This document shows positions 11,291 to 22,157 of a DNA stretch of 32,586 bases, one piece after another. A model generated the notes under the pieces. It was given only the letters and a program-made list of their open reading frames with translations, was not told where the DNA came from and ran no database searches. The stretch is from the NCBI GenBank assembly GCA_002269645.1, contig NIVC01004876.1, positions 1 through 32,586 on the forward strand. The letters are read 5' to 3'. Source of the stretch: Macrostomum lignano (Eukaryota). Made by a program: the position numbers and the translations under genes. Numbering within the stretch: position 1 is the stretch's first letter; each line of letters opens with the position of its first letter.

Positions 11291-11398
11291 CTGCGGAGGG
11301 CAGATTTTTATCAACTGTAATACGAGCTAAACGCTTGCAATTACAAAAAGTGGCAAGCGGAACAAGGCCATAAGATAAATTGTGCAGAACTCACTCAC

Positions 11399-11471
11399 TT
11401 CTTTGTGAAATTAATTTTGTGCTGGCAGACGGGCGCTTGCGGTAAAGTTGATACAGTAATAACAGCGGAGG
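11399..11471 (-). CDS. CBARP: CBARP-like protein, internal exon (SAVITVSTLPQAPVCQHKINFTK-K)
   Basis: TTTCAG acceptor and GTGAGT donor. The phase-2 end fits the next exon. Confidence 0.6.
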
Positions 11472-12222
11472 CTGAAATGGATGAAAAATTAATATGAATA
11501 GGTAGGTATGCTTTTGTCATGACATTTTCTAGAGTTAAGCCTTACTTGGTTGAAAACTTAAAAAGATTGTAAAAATCGATTCAACACGTAATCGGCTGGC
11601 CCTTTTTGGTTAGTCGTATGGTTGGTTATGTAATAAAAATACCCTACAAGGTCATATTCATAGGGAAAGGTTTGCGGTAATGACAATAAAACTTATTGGG
11701 TAGTAGAGGAAAGCAGAATTATTTTAGAATTCGCTGGAATCAGCTACAGACAGCAAGCATGAGTGGTAGTGCAAGCACATTTATTCGCCGCTGACTCAAT
11801 TAAATTCGACAGCTCGACTAGACTATATAACCAAGATAGATTATCCCGTGATGAGATCAGACGGCATATTCCATTCCCGCAGTCAGACAGCACCATAATT
11901 GCACCCGACAGCCGAAATGGTAAATCGCTATATTTTAGCAAGGGGGAAATTTCAAACTGCAAATACCGGTTCCGCACTAGCGATTTTTCGAACTACTATC
12001 GGATCCAGGAGACGAATTATTCAAATGATCTGGGACCGTATAAATCGAACTGAATTTTTCATCTGATTTCCGATTCCAGCCACCGTATAAGCTCTCTAAT
12101 AAATGAAAATAGTCCTAAATACACCATAAAAATGAAATGTCATTAAAATTGAATCGGTTTCAAAATGTAGCTTTTTGTAGACGGCTCACTAAACACCCCC
12201 TGTGTAGATCAGATGTAACTAT

Positions 12223-12415
12223 GGGCCGTATGCAGAAAGCTCTGTCTAGGGTAGTCCGGTATTGAAAAGCTAGTCTAGACTTGGATTTGGTATGCAGAAA
12301 CGCAAAGTTAGACCGGTCTTCTATAGCAGAACTAGGCTAGCTAGACCATAGACCATAGACTGAACTACCCAAGCCCGGACTAGCTAGTCTGGACTAGGCT
12401 TTCTGCATACGGCCC
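12223..12415. mobile_element. PIF/Harbinger-type MITE (193 bp)
   Basis: Perfect 18-bp TIR GGGCCGTATGCAGAAAGC ... GCTTTCTGCATACGGCCC. 3-bp TSD TAT at 12220-12222 and 12416-12418. Confidence 0.9.
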
Positions 12416-13270
12416 TATGTAACTACCGCTCTATTGTAACGGACGCTACTGGTGCTACAAGCGTACGCATTTGACAATTAAAGAATACCAACGACAAGAC
12501 CGGGTACAAGTACTTTCAAAATTATGCAGCTGATAACTACCTTAACGATTGTGCTTTTGTGCGCCTCGGAAAACTCTAATTGCGACTAAGAAGCGCTAGC
12601 TTTTAAAGCGTCTCAACAACGCGGCACTTAAGTATGTACTAACTATAACAAAAAGGACATCCGTGTTAACTTAGATTCTGAGTGTTTTGCCTCAGGAAGC
12701 CGATCAAGGCTAAAAAATCAGGCAAGGATAAAAGCTGCTCTAGCTATAGTTAAAGAGGCTGGTTTGCCCAGCAAAAGCAGTTATTGTTTATGCCAAGAAA
12801 AGCGTGGAAAGAACTTTGCATTTGCCTCTACGTGTGTATGCGGGTACATTGACGGAAAATAGCCAGTAACAACACTGAAAATACGTAACGCTGGGTGTTC
12901 TAAATGGATCGATCTGCGATGGCGTTTCTATACTTTTAATTGTTCGAATGACGCAGTACAGAGAGTCAACAAACAGCACCATATACGAGTGTAGCTTCAC
13001 TATACCACTTGAATGAATGTATCGATCACGATGGTCTCTGCATTACTCTATCAGTCTCTCTTTCATTGCACTCCGCAATTATTTGCGGACTATTGTGATG
13101 ACTCTCGATCTGGAAGGTGAAATCAACGATCAACCAAATAAGCAAAACTTTATTGGGATGAAAACCACAAAATATTCGGTATTGCCTGGCGCAAACTGTT
13201 AAATCGAAGCTGTTTCAAAGCAGCTTACGAGCAAGTATATTCTGTTTGCATTCACCGATTGACACATTTA

Positions 13271-14250
13271 CGAGCATGCCAATTACATTCTCGGAAAAAT
13301 GTACTTCAAGTCACTGAGTGGGGCTCATTTTTCACACACCGAATCTATTATTTTAGAAATTCTCAACATAATTTCCAGTCAAATTCCCATTAATCCTCCG
13401 GTAGAATCACGCATCGAAGCACTCCCTAAGGATTGTTTTTTCCCAATCGGTGCAGCTCATTCCGCAGAGCATCGACAAGCTCCTCCTTTTTAAAGTCAAA
13501 GATCCTCCGCTTAAATTTCTCCTTCATTCTGAAGAATAGAAGGAAACAGAAAAGCGCCAGGTCAAGGGCAGCAGAGCATGGTGACTGTTGAAACGCCTAT
13601 TTTATTCTTTGACTTTGAGAGCTAGAGAGCCCATCAGCAGCTCCAGAAACAACTGTGGTAAGCACACCGTACTGTACCATTCAGCCGGCACAGTCGCCAC
13701 CTGATTGAGCACAACGGGCAAAAGGAAAGTTTGCCAATGTTTGAAGCATCCTTTGCGAAACTTGATTGAAGCATCCTCGGCATCGCTGACCCATTGACGG
13801 CTCTGCTGTTTAGCCTCAGGGTCATAGTAGTACCCAAGTTTCGCCACCTGTGGAAATTTAATCCACCAAGTTCGATTGCCCTCCATTGAACTTGGCAAGC
13901 ATGAACTGGGCGAACTCGAAATTCACTCTGCATTTGGCTGATGTAGCACCCAGCTAAGATTTTTGTGTAGGATCTTAATAACTGTTGAGTCCTACACCCC
14001 AAAAAGGTGCTATAGTCAAAGAATTTCCATACGCTGATCTATGCCCTGTACTTTCCGCACAGCTTTAGCCACTACGGTGCATCATAACGTTGGACGATTG
14101 CGGAGACTTCAACTTGATGGCTTTGGTTGAAATTTGATCAATGCCACACAATGCGACAAAGACTATCGCACATAATACTAGCATATAATTAAATCTTTAG
14201 AAATGCAAGAACTTTATTTGGATCGAAAATTTGATTCCATAATTAGTGCC
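13271..14250 (-). mobile_element. Decayed mariner (Tc1/mariner, DD34D-type) transposon
   Basis: Frame-broken motifs TGGETWV/YYDPEAKQQSRQW (cf. TGDETW..YDPE.KQQS.QW), VATVP-AEWYSTVCLP, SPCSA..FLLFFRMKEK and ECFDA*FYR...GNYVE. The first catalytic Asp is mutated and the HHDNA region is missing. A TA-CGAG terminus lies at 13269. The upper boundary is approximate. Confidence 0.85.
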
Positions 14251-14346
14251 CATAGCCCTGAGGCAGCCATCGTCTTGAAACTGAAGACATGCAACGCTTG
14301 AAAGTTCATTTAGATAAAAGTACACCGCACGCATGCACAGACTTAC

Positions 14347-14527
14347 TGCACCGGCCTCTTGTTGATTGCTGAATGATTCGATCAGAGTCGAATTGCCGAC
14401 GCCACCGACCAGGTCTACTGCACTCGGCGGCTCGCGCTGCGGGCCCTGCAGCTCGGCCTCTTCGGCTTTCCTCTCCTCTCTCGGACTGTCCGTCAGGCCG
14501 CACTCCTCTTCTTCAATAAGCGATTGG
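14347..14527 (-). CDS. CBARP: Probable CBARP-like internal exon (QSLIEEEECGLTDSPREE...QQEAGA)
   Basis: TTCCCAG acceptor, perfect GTAAGT donor and 60 open codons. Its phase-0 end does not fit the 11471 exon unless the GTGCAG donor 5 nt upstream or an unseen exon is used. Confidence 0.55.
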
Positions 14528-14981
14528 CTGGGAAAACAGAATTTTTCCGTCTGATTAGCAGCTATTACTTTTAGGAGATCGAATCTGCTTTTTGGCGTCG
14601 GTAATAATGCCTACTTACTTGAACCGCCCCATCTGTATATTAATTTCTATATACGCTCGCATGGATGGACGGATATTTGAAATAAGTGCACGGCCAGCAG
14701 TGGGAGACTCAACAGTGGAGTACAAGCTATAGGCTGCAGAAGCAGCAATTAATTCCTCCCTAAAGGCAAAAAATTTGTCTCGCTTAGCTAACTCCCCGCC
14801 GAAGCCCGCTGGCCGCTGTAATTAAAGAGAAAGGCAAAGCAGGAAAGAAGAGAGCGGGAAAAAGAGAAAGTGAGGACGAGTTACTGAGCCGCCGAATTTG
14901 TCAGCTTTTCTCACTCTCGCAGGTCGGACTCGCGCGAAAGGGAGCAGGATTTAGGGAGAGTGGCAGGTATTTACAAATTAC

Positions 14982-15052
14982 GGGCACGCTGGGCTTGGCA
15001 CCTGGCGCTGGCCTGGCCTAGACAACTCGGCACGCTCGGCAAGATTTATCTC
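14982..15052 (-). CDS. CBARP: Probable CBARP-like internal exon (EINLAERAELSRPGQRQVPSPAC-P)
   Basis: CATCAG acceptor. The GTAATT phase-2 donor matches the 14527 acceptor. Confidence 0.5.
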
Positions 15053-15416
15053 CTGATGAAATGCAACACAAAGCCGACAAAAATAGTTCGGAAATTGTTT
15101 TGGATGTTTTATTTTAGGGATCTTTACAGCAACATATTTACCTGAGGCAAGCCGAGACAAAGTTAGTTGTCGGCCAATCTTCAGCCAGTGCATCCACGTG
15201 GATGTACAACAAGTAACTTAGAAGCCGCTACACTCGCAATTCGTGCGATTGTCTTTTGAACAAAATACAATCTGTCTTTGCTTGTTGCCAGATGCTATTT
15301 ACAGACAGCTGAGATATTGTTAATTTTCTGGTGAACAAAAACATTTCTATCCTGTTTAAGCATTTTCAGCTTTTCAGCACGAAAACCTGGTTCCCCGCCT
15401 GTAGTCTGCACAAGTT

Positions 15417-15919
15417 AAGTACCCATCTCCCCAAGTACCCATCTCCCCAAGTACCCATCTCCCCAAGTACCCATCTCCCAAGTACCCATCTCCCCAAGTA
15501 GTACCCATCTCCCCAAGTACCCATCTCCCCAAGTACCCATCTCCCCAAGTACCCATCTCCCCAAGTACCCATCTCCCCAAGTACCCATCTCCCCAAGGTT
15601 CAAGTACCCATCTCCCCAAGTACCCATCTCCCCAAGTACCCATCTCCCCAAGTACCCATCTCCCCAAGTACCCATCTCCCCAAGTACCCATCTCCCCAAG
15701 TACCCATCTCCCCAAGTACCCATCTCCCCAAGTACCCATCTCCCCAAGTACCCATCTCCCCAAGTACCCATCTCCCCAAGTACCCATCTCGTATCTGTAC
15801 CCATCTCCCCAAGTACCCATCTCCCCAAGTACCCATCTCTGTACCCATCTGTACCCATCTCCCCAAGTGTAGTAGTACCCATGATGTACCCATCTCCCCA
15901 AGTACCCATCTCCCCAAGT
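15417..15919. repeat. 16-bp minisatellite (AAGTACCCATCTCCCC), ~31 units, G-rich on the minus strand
   Basis: Directly visible tandem array with occasional 15-nt and interrupted units. Confidence 0.95.
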
Positions 15920-16014
15920 GTGCTGCTCCGAAAGCAGCAATTGTCTCTGCATAGTGTAGGACTGATAACCCCCTCTCCATGAACTTGAATGCTTAAAAGC
16001 CTATTTTTAGGGTT

Positions 16015-16341
16015 TCAGAAGAAAACGCAATGATGCGATTTGACAAGTCTGTCTGTAGCAAATTGACGCGTCAGCCGCCCATTGTATTGCAGCAGCAGGT
16101 TTGCCAGCTCTTTGCATCCGTCATCCTGAGAGCCCCCGACTGTTCCCATCAACTCGGTTCTGCAAACGTACTCATTTTGACAGTAGTAAAGAATATTCCT
16201 CAAGGCACGCAAGTGGGACGTTTTCATGCCAGGAAAAATTTTGACAGATAGGAGCAGAGACGCGGCAAGGGCGGGGTCGAGGCGGGGCATCAGCTGCTGC
16301 AGAAATTCAGGTACAGCGCGAGGCTCCCCGCGCCTCATTTC
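16015..16341 (-). CDS. Coding-like exon or pseudogene fragment of an unknown protein (EMRRGEPRAVPEFLQQLMPRLDPALAASLLL...)
   Basis: ~108 protein-like open codons after an AATCAG acceptor. No partner exon or family identified. Confidence 0.3.
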   Translation of the reverse strand, partial: EMRRGEPRAVPEFLQQLMPRLDPALAASLLLSVKIFPGMKTSHLRALRNILYYCQNEYVCRTELMGTVGGSQDDGCKELANLLLQYNGRLTRQFATDRLVKSHHCVFF

Positions 16342-17956
16342 CTGATTCATTCGTGTTGAAAAAGCAACCTCAGACCGTTCTCTACTCAGTTTCCACCCTT
16401 GAGTCTACCGGCCTTTCCCTCGGCTGCCATTCTCTTTGTTCTTTTTCTTTATAGACACAAAATCAAGCCAGAGCATCAGTAGCCGCGCTAACAACCTATC
16501 CTTTCTTTCTCGGACTGCTAAGACTGACCGAACAGCTCAGTCAGACGGAAACATCACATTTTGCATTCATTATACTAGACTGTACAATCTTCAGGTACTC
16601 ATGTGAAACACCCAGTCGATTCTGTTTGAGCCTGATGTCTCATCCAATTCATTGATCTAATCCCAATTACAAGCCGTGCATGGCTGCTCCTCTCATGTCA
16701 GCAACATCCGTGATCTTCTATCCTATTATTTTCAGCTAGCAGCAGAGTGGGGGTTGTTTTATTTAAATAAATTTTCAAAAAGCAAGTATTGCGTCGCATC
16801 ATTTCGAGCGCTACCATCAGTAAAAGTATCTGAGAACGGACGAACTAACCAGCTGCAGTAGGTATTGGAGAGCTAAAATTCTAACAAGATTACAGTAGAC
16901 ATCAAATTGTCAGTTTTACTGTGCATATTTTCTGTTCTGTAGCTCGTATTGATTAGCCTTCCAGCCAAAATGAGAAGGCGTTTTACGGCTGGATAGCAAT
17001 AAACTAAGGGCTCGGAGCTACGAAATTCCTTCCTAATGCGTCGTCTTAATTTCTACGGCTGGCTTCTACCCTGATAACTGGCAGGGTTCCTTCAAAGCCA
17101 AGGAAAAGGAAGCAACGAGAGAGAGGAGACGGAAAACTATGGGAAATCTTCCCCTTAACTGGGCTGCGACAGATGGCCGACGTTCTTAGTTAAGCCTCGT
17201 CATCCTCGCAGAGTTGAGGCAACGGAAGGAACGTAAAAAATCAGCATCTATCTCTCATGCGGCCTGTAAAAGTTAATTAACAACAGGAACCGTGGGACCG
17301 ATTTTTGCCCAGTTCAAGGAAACCTTGCAGGCGGGAGTTTTCTATTTTCAACTTCGAAAACTCCCAGCTAGTAGGTCAGTTGCGTCAGTTCCGCGACCCT
17401 GAACGCACTTGCGTGCCCGAACTCTAGCCGGTAAACAGTCAATACGAGTTTGGAAAGTTCATCTTACATGGGAAACTCAATTTTCATTGATGCTAACCAC
17501 ATTTAATGCCTCTTAAACTGTATTTATAAACTTTGCTACCCTTCAATTCTCTTAGAGTCTTAGAGGTCCCACAGTGTTCCAGCTAGCTGCGAAGGCGTAA
17601 TCAATACAGCTGTAACATTAAAAGTTAAAAGTTCATACACTTCCTTGACAGTTTTCATTTCCTTCTCAAAACGTGTCTGCGCACCTTACCTACACTCGTA
17701 GCTATCCTAACTGCTTGAACTTTCGTATTGATCCAGCTACCCCATGACTCTCCTTTTAAGTGTAACTATTGCTCCTTGTTTCACCTTTTCTGTCTTTCTC
17801 TCTTTCCAGTTCAATCAATGGCTAATCTTTTTTTAAAAAAAACGTGACCTAATATTAAAGATCAGGTGCCTTTCTGGCTCGTACACTTGGAAATCATACA
17901 GTTCTTTATCAGGTACTCTGATTGAAGTTGATTTTTGAAACAAAAATTGTTCTTAC

Positions 17957-18270
17957 CCTCTTTGGTAGGGCTCCATGGTTGAGCAGTCCATCCAGCTTGG
18001 TGTCTCGGAGCACGAGAAGCTGTCCAGCTCCTGCGGGATCGCGGCCGAACTGCCGTAGGCGTACGTACCGCTGTGTTTGCGACTGGAATTGTGTTCGGGA
18101 GTTTGGAGACCGGTTGTGAGGCTGCCGTCAAGCTGAGTACCCGGAGCTCTCTAGACTGCTCAGAGCTGACTTCCTGTCCCAGCTGACAGCTCTTCCTGCC
18201 TCCGCTCGCAATTGCTCAATTCGGATGCATACAGGGATCGTGGCACGTGACTCGGGGGGGGGGGGACTTA
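17957..18270 (-). CDS. CBARP: CBARP-like internal exon with an apparent 1-nt frameshift
   Basis: AEAGRAVSWDRKSAL resembles CBARP TGRRVSFNEAAL. Removing one base of the CCC run at 18140-18142 joins it to GTQLDGSLTTG...MEPYQR-G, which ends at a GTAAGA donor. The upper boundary is uncertain. Confidence 0.5.
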
Positions 18271-18360
18271 TGCCCTCAGTTCAGACTGTCACCACTGTCT
18301 CTAGCGGCCAGTTAGAACTCAAGCCAAGCCATTCATTACGTTCAATAAATATCCATACAC

Positions 18361-18393
18361 TTGTCTTCCAGGTAAGCCCTCCTGAGAAGTGCA
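18361..18393 (-). CDS. CBARP: Probable CBARP-like exon 2 (ALLRRAYLED)
   Basis: TTGTTGGCAG acceptor with a pyrimidine tract, in phase 2 matching exon 1. The GTGTAT donor is weak. Confidence 0.5.
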
Positions 18394-18768
18394 CTGCCAA
18401 CAAGACAAATGAGGGACAGAGTTAAACCCTTTATCTCGAGCGCAGGCGCGCGTACAAGAGAAGCGAGCTGAAGGGAAAGTCATTTTGCGCGCGAGAGAAG
18501 CAGCCCCCCTACCCGCGGCATATGTCTGCAAACATGAATACTTCATATTTTCCCCGGAGGCTCAAGCTGCTGATTAAAGAGAGTTTCTACCCAACTGTGC
18601 ATAATTAATCGCCTATCCATCAATTATCAACAGAGCGCGCGCTTACTGAAGGTTATGAATGATCCCGAAATCCCCCAAAATAAAGGGGATAAAAATAGAT
18701 TTCTAAGAAACAGCATAGAATGACGGCGAAGGCGAGTCGCACTTGCAGTCCCGAACTTAGTGCAGCTG

Positions 18769-18978
18769 TCAGGCATATCGATAGCAGCTTCCTGCATTTC
18801 TGAGCCCAGAGAGACAGGCTTCAGTTGGATGAATTGAATTTTCTGATTTTCTCCCAGAAGATTTTCTGCGCAATTTCTGTAGCGTCTGTCTGAGCGGGCT
18901 TAAAAGCTCGCTAATCTCTCGAATTCTTTCGTCTTGGCAGTTGATTTCTTTTGCAAGCACAATGCTCCGGGAAATATT
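18769..18978 (-). CDS. Possible terminal exon with coiled-coil-like content (NISRSIVLAKEINCQDERIREISELLSPLRQTLQKL...)
   Basis: Open frame after TTTGCTCAG. Support is composition only. Confidence 0.2.
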   Translation of the reverse strand, partial: NISRSIVLAKEINCQDERIREISELLSPLRQTLQKLRRKSSGRKSENSIHPTEACLSGLRNAGSCYRYA

Positions 18979-19592
18979 CTGAGCAAATATTTATCGTCTA
19001 AAATTAATAAATTCTGTCTTGGCCAAGCTAAACTGCAAACCTTGGATAACATTACTGAAAAGTGCCGGCAAAGTTAAGCAGCATTGGCCGCGGTTAGCAC
19101 ACAGAGAGGCAGATAAAGCTGAGCCTCACAGTTTATCTGCTGCGGTAGGGTGGGTTGCAGCTCTGAGCAATGGGTCCTTTACGAGTGAAATTAGATAAGT
19201 TACCAAAATCTACTAGCAAAATTTTAGCATGGATCCTTTTTATTAGATCATAATAAAAAATGAGTGGCAATTAGGATAAAAGAATGAGGGTAGCAATTAG
19301 ACAAACTTTGATTATAGACGAATCAAATAATTGATTTGCGGACAAAGTTCTGACTGAGTCCAGCTTATTTAATTTTTCATTTTATTTACCTACTTTTTTA
19401 CAATTCGTACCTAATACCGGAAACTGAAGATCGTTAATTTTTATTTCATTTTATGCCTTTTATGCAAAGAAGCCCCCCCCCAACCGCGGCTGTTCATCAC
19501 TTCAGAGTGTATATTTTTGGTGAATTTAGATTGTATCCATATTGAAAGAAAAATCAACTTCAGCTTATGGAGATATTTGAAAGCAGTATGTA

Positions 19593-20357
19593 GGGATATG
19601 GGATCTTGGAATATGGGATATGGGATGTTAGGATATGGATATGGGATATGAGATATTGGGATATGGGATATTGGGATATGGATATGGGATGTTAGGATAT
19701 GGGATATGGGATATGGGATATTGGGATAAGGGATATTGGGATATAGGATATTGGGATATTGGGATATGGGATGTTAGAATATTTGATATGGGATATTGGG
19801 ATATGGGATATGGGATATGGGATATGGGATATGGGATATAGGATATTGGGATATGGGATATGAGATATAGGATATGGGATATTAGGATTTGGGATATTGG
19901 GGTATGGGATATTGGGATATGGGATAATGGGATATGGGATATTGGGATATGGGATATTGGGATATAGGATATTGGGATATGGGATATTGGGATATGGGAT
20001 ATGGGATATGGGATATTGGGATATGGGATATTCGGATATAGGATATTGGGATATTGGGATATGGGATGTTAGAATATTTGATATGGGATATTGGGATATG
20101 GGATATGGGATATGGGATATGGGATATGGGATATTGGGATATAGGATATTGGGATATGGGATATTGGGATATGGGATATTGGGATATGGGATATTGGGAT
20201 ATGGGATATGGGATATGGGATATAGGATATTGGGATATGGGATATGGGATATTGGGATATGGGATATTGGGATATGGGATATTGGGATATGGGATATGAG
20301 ATGTTAGGATATGGGATATGGGATATGGGATATGGGATATGGGATGTGGGATATTGG
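19593..20357. repeat. GGGATAT/GGGATATT/GGATAT 6-8-bp minisatellite, G-rich on the plus strand
   Basis: Directly visible. The marker ATGTTAGAATATTTG occurs at 19771 and 20066, showing a ~295-bp block duplication. Confidence 0.95.
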
Positions 20358-20417
20358 CTATTTAAACATGGTGGATCTGCAGTGCTGAGGCCTGACGCAG
20401 CAGGACTCCCCACTCAC

Positions 20418-20560
20418 CCATTCTGGCTGTGGCTTTGGCTGTTAAAGCAGAACTTGCAGACCAGCAGGACGCCCACCACCATGAGGACACCGCCGAGCAC
20501 GCCGCCAGCTAGGAACAGCACCATCAGCCAGGGGGTCACGCTGCCTTCCTGAGTGGCCAT
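20418..20560 (-). CDS. CBARP: CBARP-like protein, first coding exon with the single transmembrane helix
   Basis: aatATGG start. MATQEGSVTPWLMVLFLAGGVLGGVLMVVGVLLVCKFCF resembles CBARP ..GGTLVVLSGVLLLCKRC. Perfect GTGAGT donor in phase 2. Confidence 0.8.
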
Positions 20561-21476
20561 ATTTGGAGATTGAGAGACAGAAATCGGGAGTCAGGCCTGT
20601 CCTGGTAGGCGGCAGCTCAAAGCTTGGTTAAGAGCTCAGCTTCTCTCTGTGAGCAGCTTTTCTACTCCCAAAAGTGCAGAGAGGCAGAGAGAGAGAGAAG
20701 GGAAGCGACTGTCCAGTGGATAGCTGCCTAGTGTTCTGCTCGTGGGATCTGGATCCCCATTGGCTGGATTAGGAGCGGAGCGTTTGCAAGCAGATAAAGT
20801 GCTCAAGCTCGGTAGCTACGTGTTTGAAATTTTGCCCATCCGTCAGACACAGAGCGAGAAAAGATCTACTCAGTCTTAATCCGAGTAAGATTTTGCGAAG
20901 CTTTGAGTAGCCTCTGAAAGGATGGCTGCTTTGAAGATGGGACTTGCACCAGAATCAGATAATAATTATTTACGAATGCTGGGTGCTGAAGATCCCCTGA
21001 TTGTTTTGTTGAGGTGCTCTCTTGGGCACTTGGTTTTTTTCAATGGGTCAGCTGACCTCCTTGACCCCTCCTTGATAAAGGGGCAGAGCAGTTCAGCGGT
21101 AAACTCGTCCAAATATCCTTCTAAGATTCCTGACTCGATCCCGTGCTGAGCCACGTCTATTTGGGCTTTTTGGCCTGGGGTTGTCCTGCCATTGTCCATG
21201 ACGGCCAACCCTGACAATTACTCGTAGAAAGTCTGGGCCGTTGTACACCCTGTGTGAGCGTACGTAAGCTCGTACTAGTGGGTGCCTGTGCTCAGGAGTC
21301 AACGGAATGGGTACTGAATATTTATTTTTTTATTTGACCACCGATTGTGTCGATGGGTCAACTAACCCCATTTTAGCCTAGGCCCTCTTAGCGAAGCCTA
21401 TTTATTTGAGCTTTGCATTCTTCTCTTTCATAAAAGCTAAATATTGGCAGTTGGCCAAGTTAGAAGCATAAACAAG

Positions 21477-21657
21477 TGTGCATCATCCAAGTCGACAGAA
21501 ACGGTTCAACTTACGCTGCCAGCGGAGCGGAGAAAAAACGGCCGTGACGAATGCGTCCGAAATCCTGCATGCGGTGCACGGGCCTGAATTTTCGCAGCGC
21601 TTCTATACGGCTCGGTTCCGCGTTGGGGAAGAGAGGCTCGGAAGCGCTGCAAGCTGG
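21477..21657 (+). CDS. Exon-like segment of an unknown, possibly decayed gene (VHHPSRQKRFNLRCQ...EFSQRFYTARFRVGEERLGSAASW)
   Basis: Open frame with a GTGAGG donor in phase 0 matching a CTCAG acceptor at 21890. Similar to the frame at 23233-23424. Confidence 0.3.
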
Positions 21658-21890
21658 GTGAGGGATCCGAAGGCACGTTCTGGCGGACCCATGCAGCCCA
21701 GCGGCCCTGGTAGGAGGCCTCTAAAGCATCCCATCAATGCCTGCGCGCGTCCATGGGAGATTCCCAGAAACCAGTCCGGGCGCTTCCTCGATCCCCCAAA
21801 TTCACTTCCTGCTTTTTCAGCCCCCTCTCATCCCCTGAACGCTCCAAAGCTTGCCCGAAATTTTCTTTCCTCATTTTGATACGCGCTCAG

Positions 21891-22157
21891 GCCGTGCACT
21901 ATTCCAATGGAGCAGCGGCTGCAGATGCCTCCGCGTCTTCATGTCCCGCGGCCTTATTTGTGAACCTTTCCTTAGCGAATTCCTCCAACCAGCTGCCTCT
22001 CTGCGACGCCCCCGCTAAGAGGGCGTGGGAAAGTCAGGCCTGCCGCTCCTGCGTCATCAAAGCTGGCACCTTTTCTGTTCTTTTTCTGCTAATAATAAAA
22101 AAGACAAAATTGATTTTAGCCCATATTTTTTCTGTCGGCAAAAGATCAATACAATAA
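21891..22157 (+). CDS. Exon-like continuation (AVHYSNGAAAADASASSCPAALFVNLSLANSSNQLPL...)
   Basis: Pyrimidine-rich acceptor, 89 open codons, and similarity to 23330-23424. Confidence 0.3.
   Translation, partial: AVHYSNGAAAADASASSCPAALFVNLSLANSSNQLPLCDAPAKRAWESQACRSCVIKAGTFSVLFLLIIKKTKLILAHIFSVGKRSIQ

Noticed and set aside
11763-12053. 96-aa plus-strand ORF in a CBARP intron
   Set aside because: A stop lies immediately upstream, there is no ATG or convincing acceptor in frame, and no motif is recognisable.
13602-14002. Active transposase or SETMAR-like domesticated gene
   Set aside because: Multiple frameshifts and stops, a mutated first catalytic Asp, and the HHDNA region missing.
15366-15980. 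WGDGYLGRW/EMGT ORFs
   Set aside because: Translations of the 16-bp minisatellite.
19635-20413. GYGIWDM/ISHIPY ORFs resembling Gly/Tyr-rich structural proteins
   Set aside because: Translations of the GGGATAT array. The frame changes with unit length.
21093-21302. DIRS-type tyrosine recombinase fragment (HPLVRAYV)
   Set aside because: Only a four-residue resemblance. No RT, RNase H or catalytic R-H-R-Y motifs nearby.
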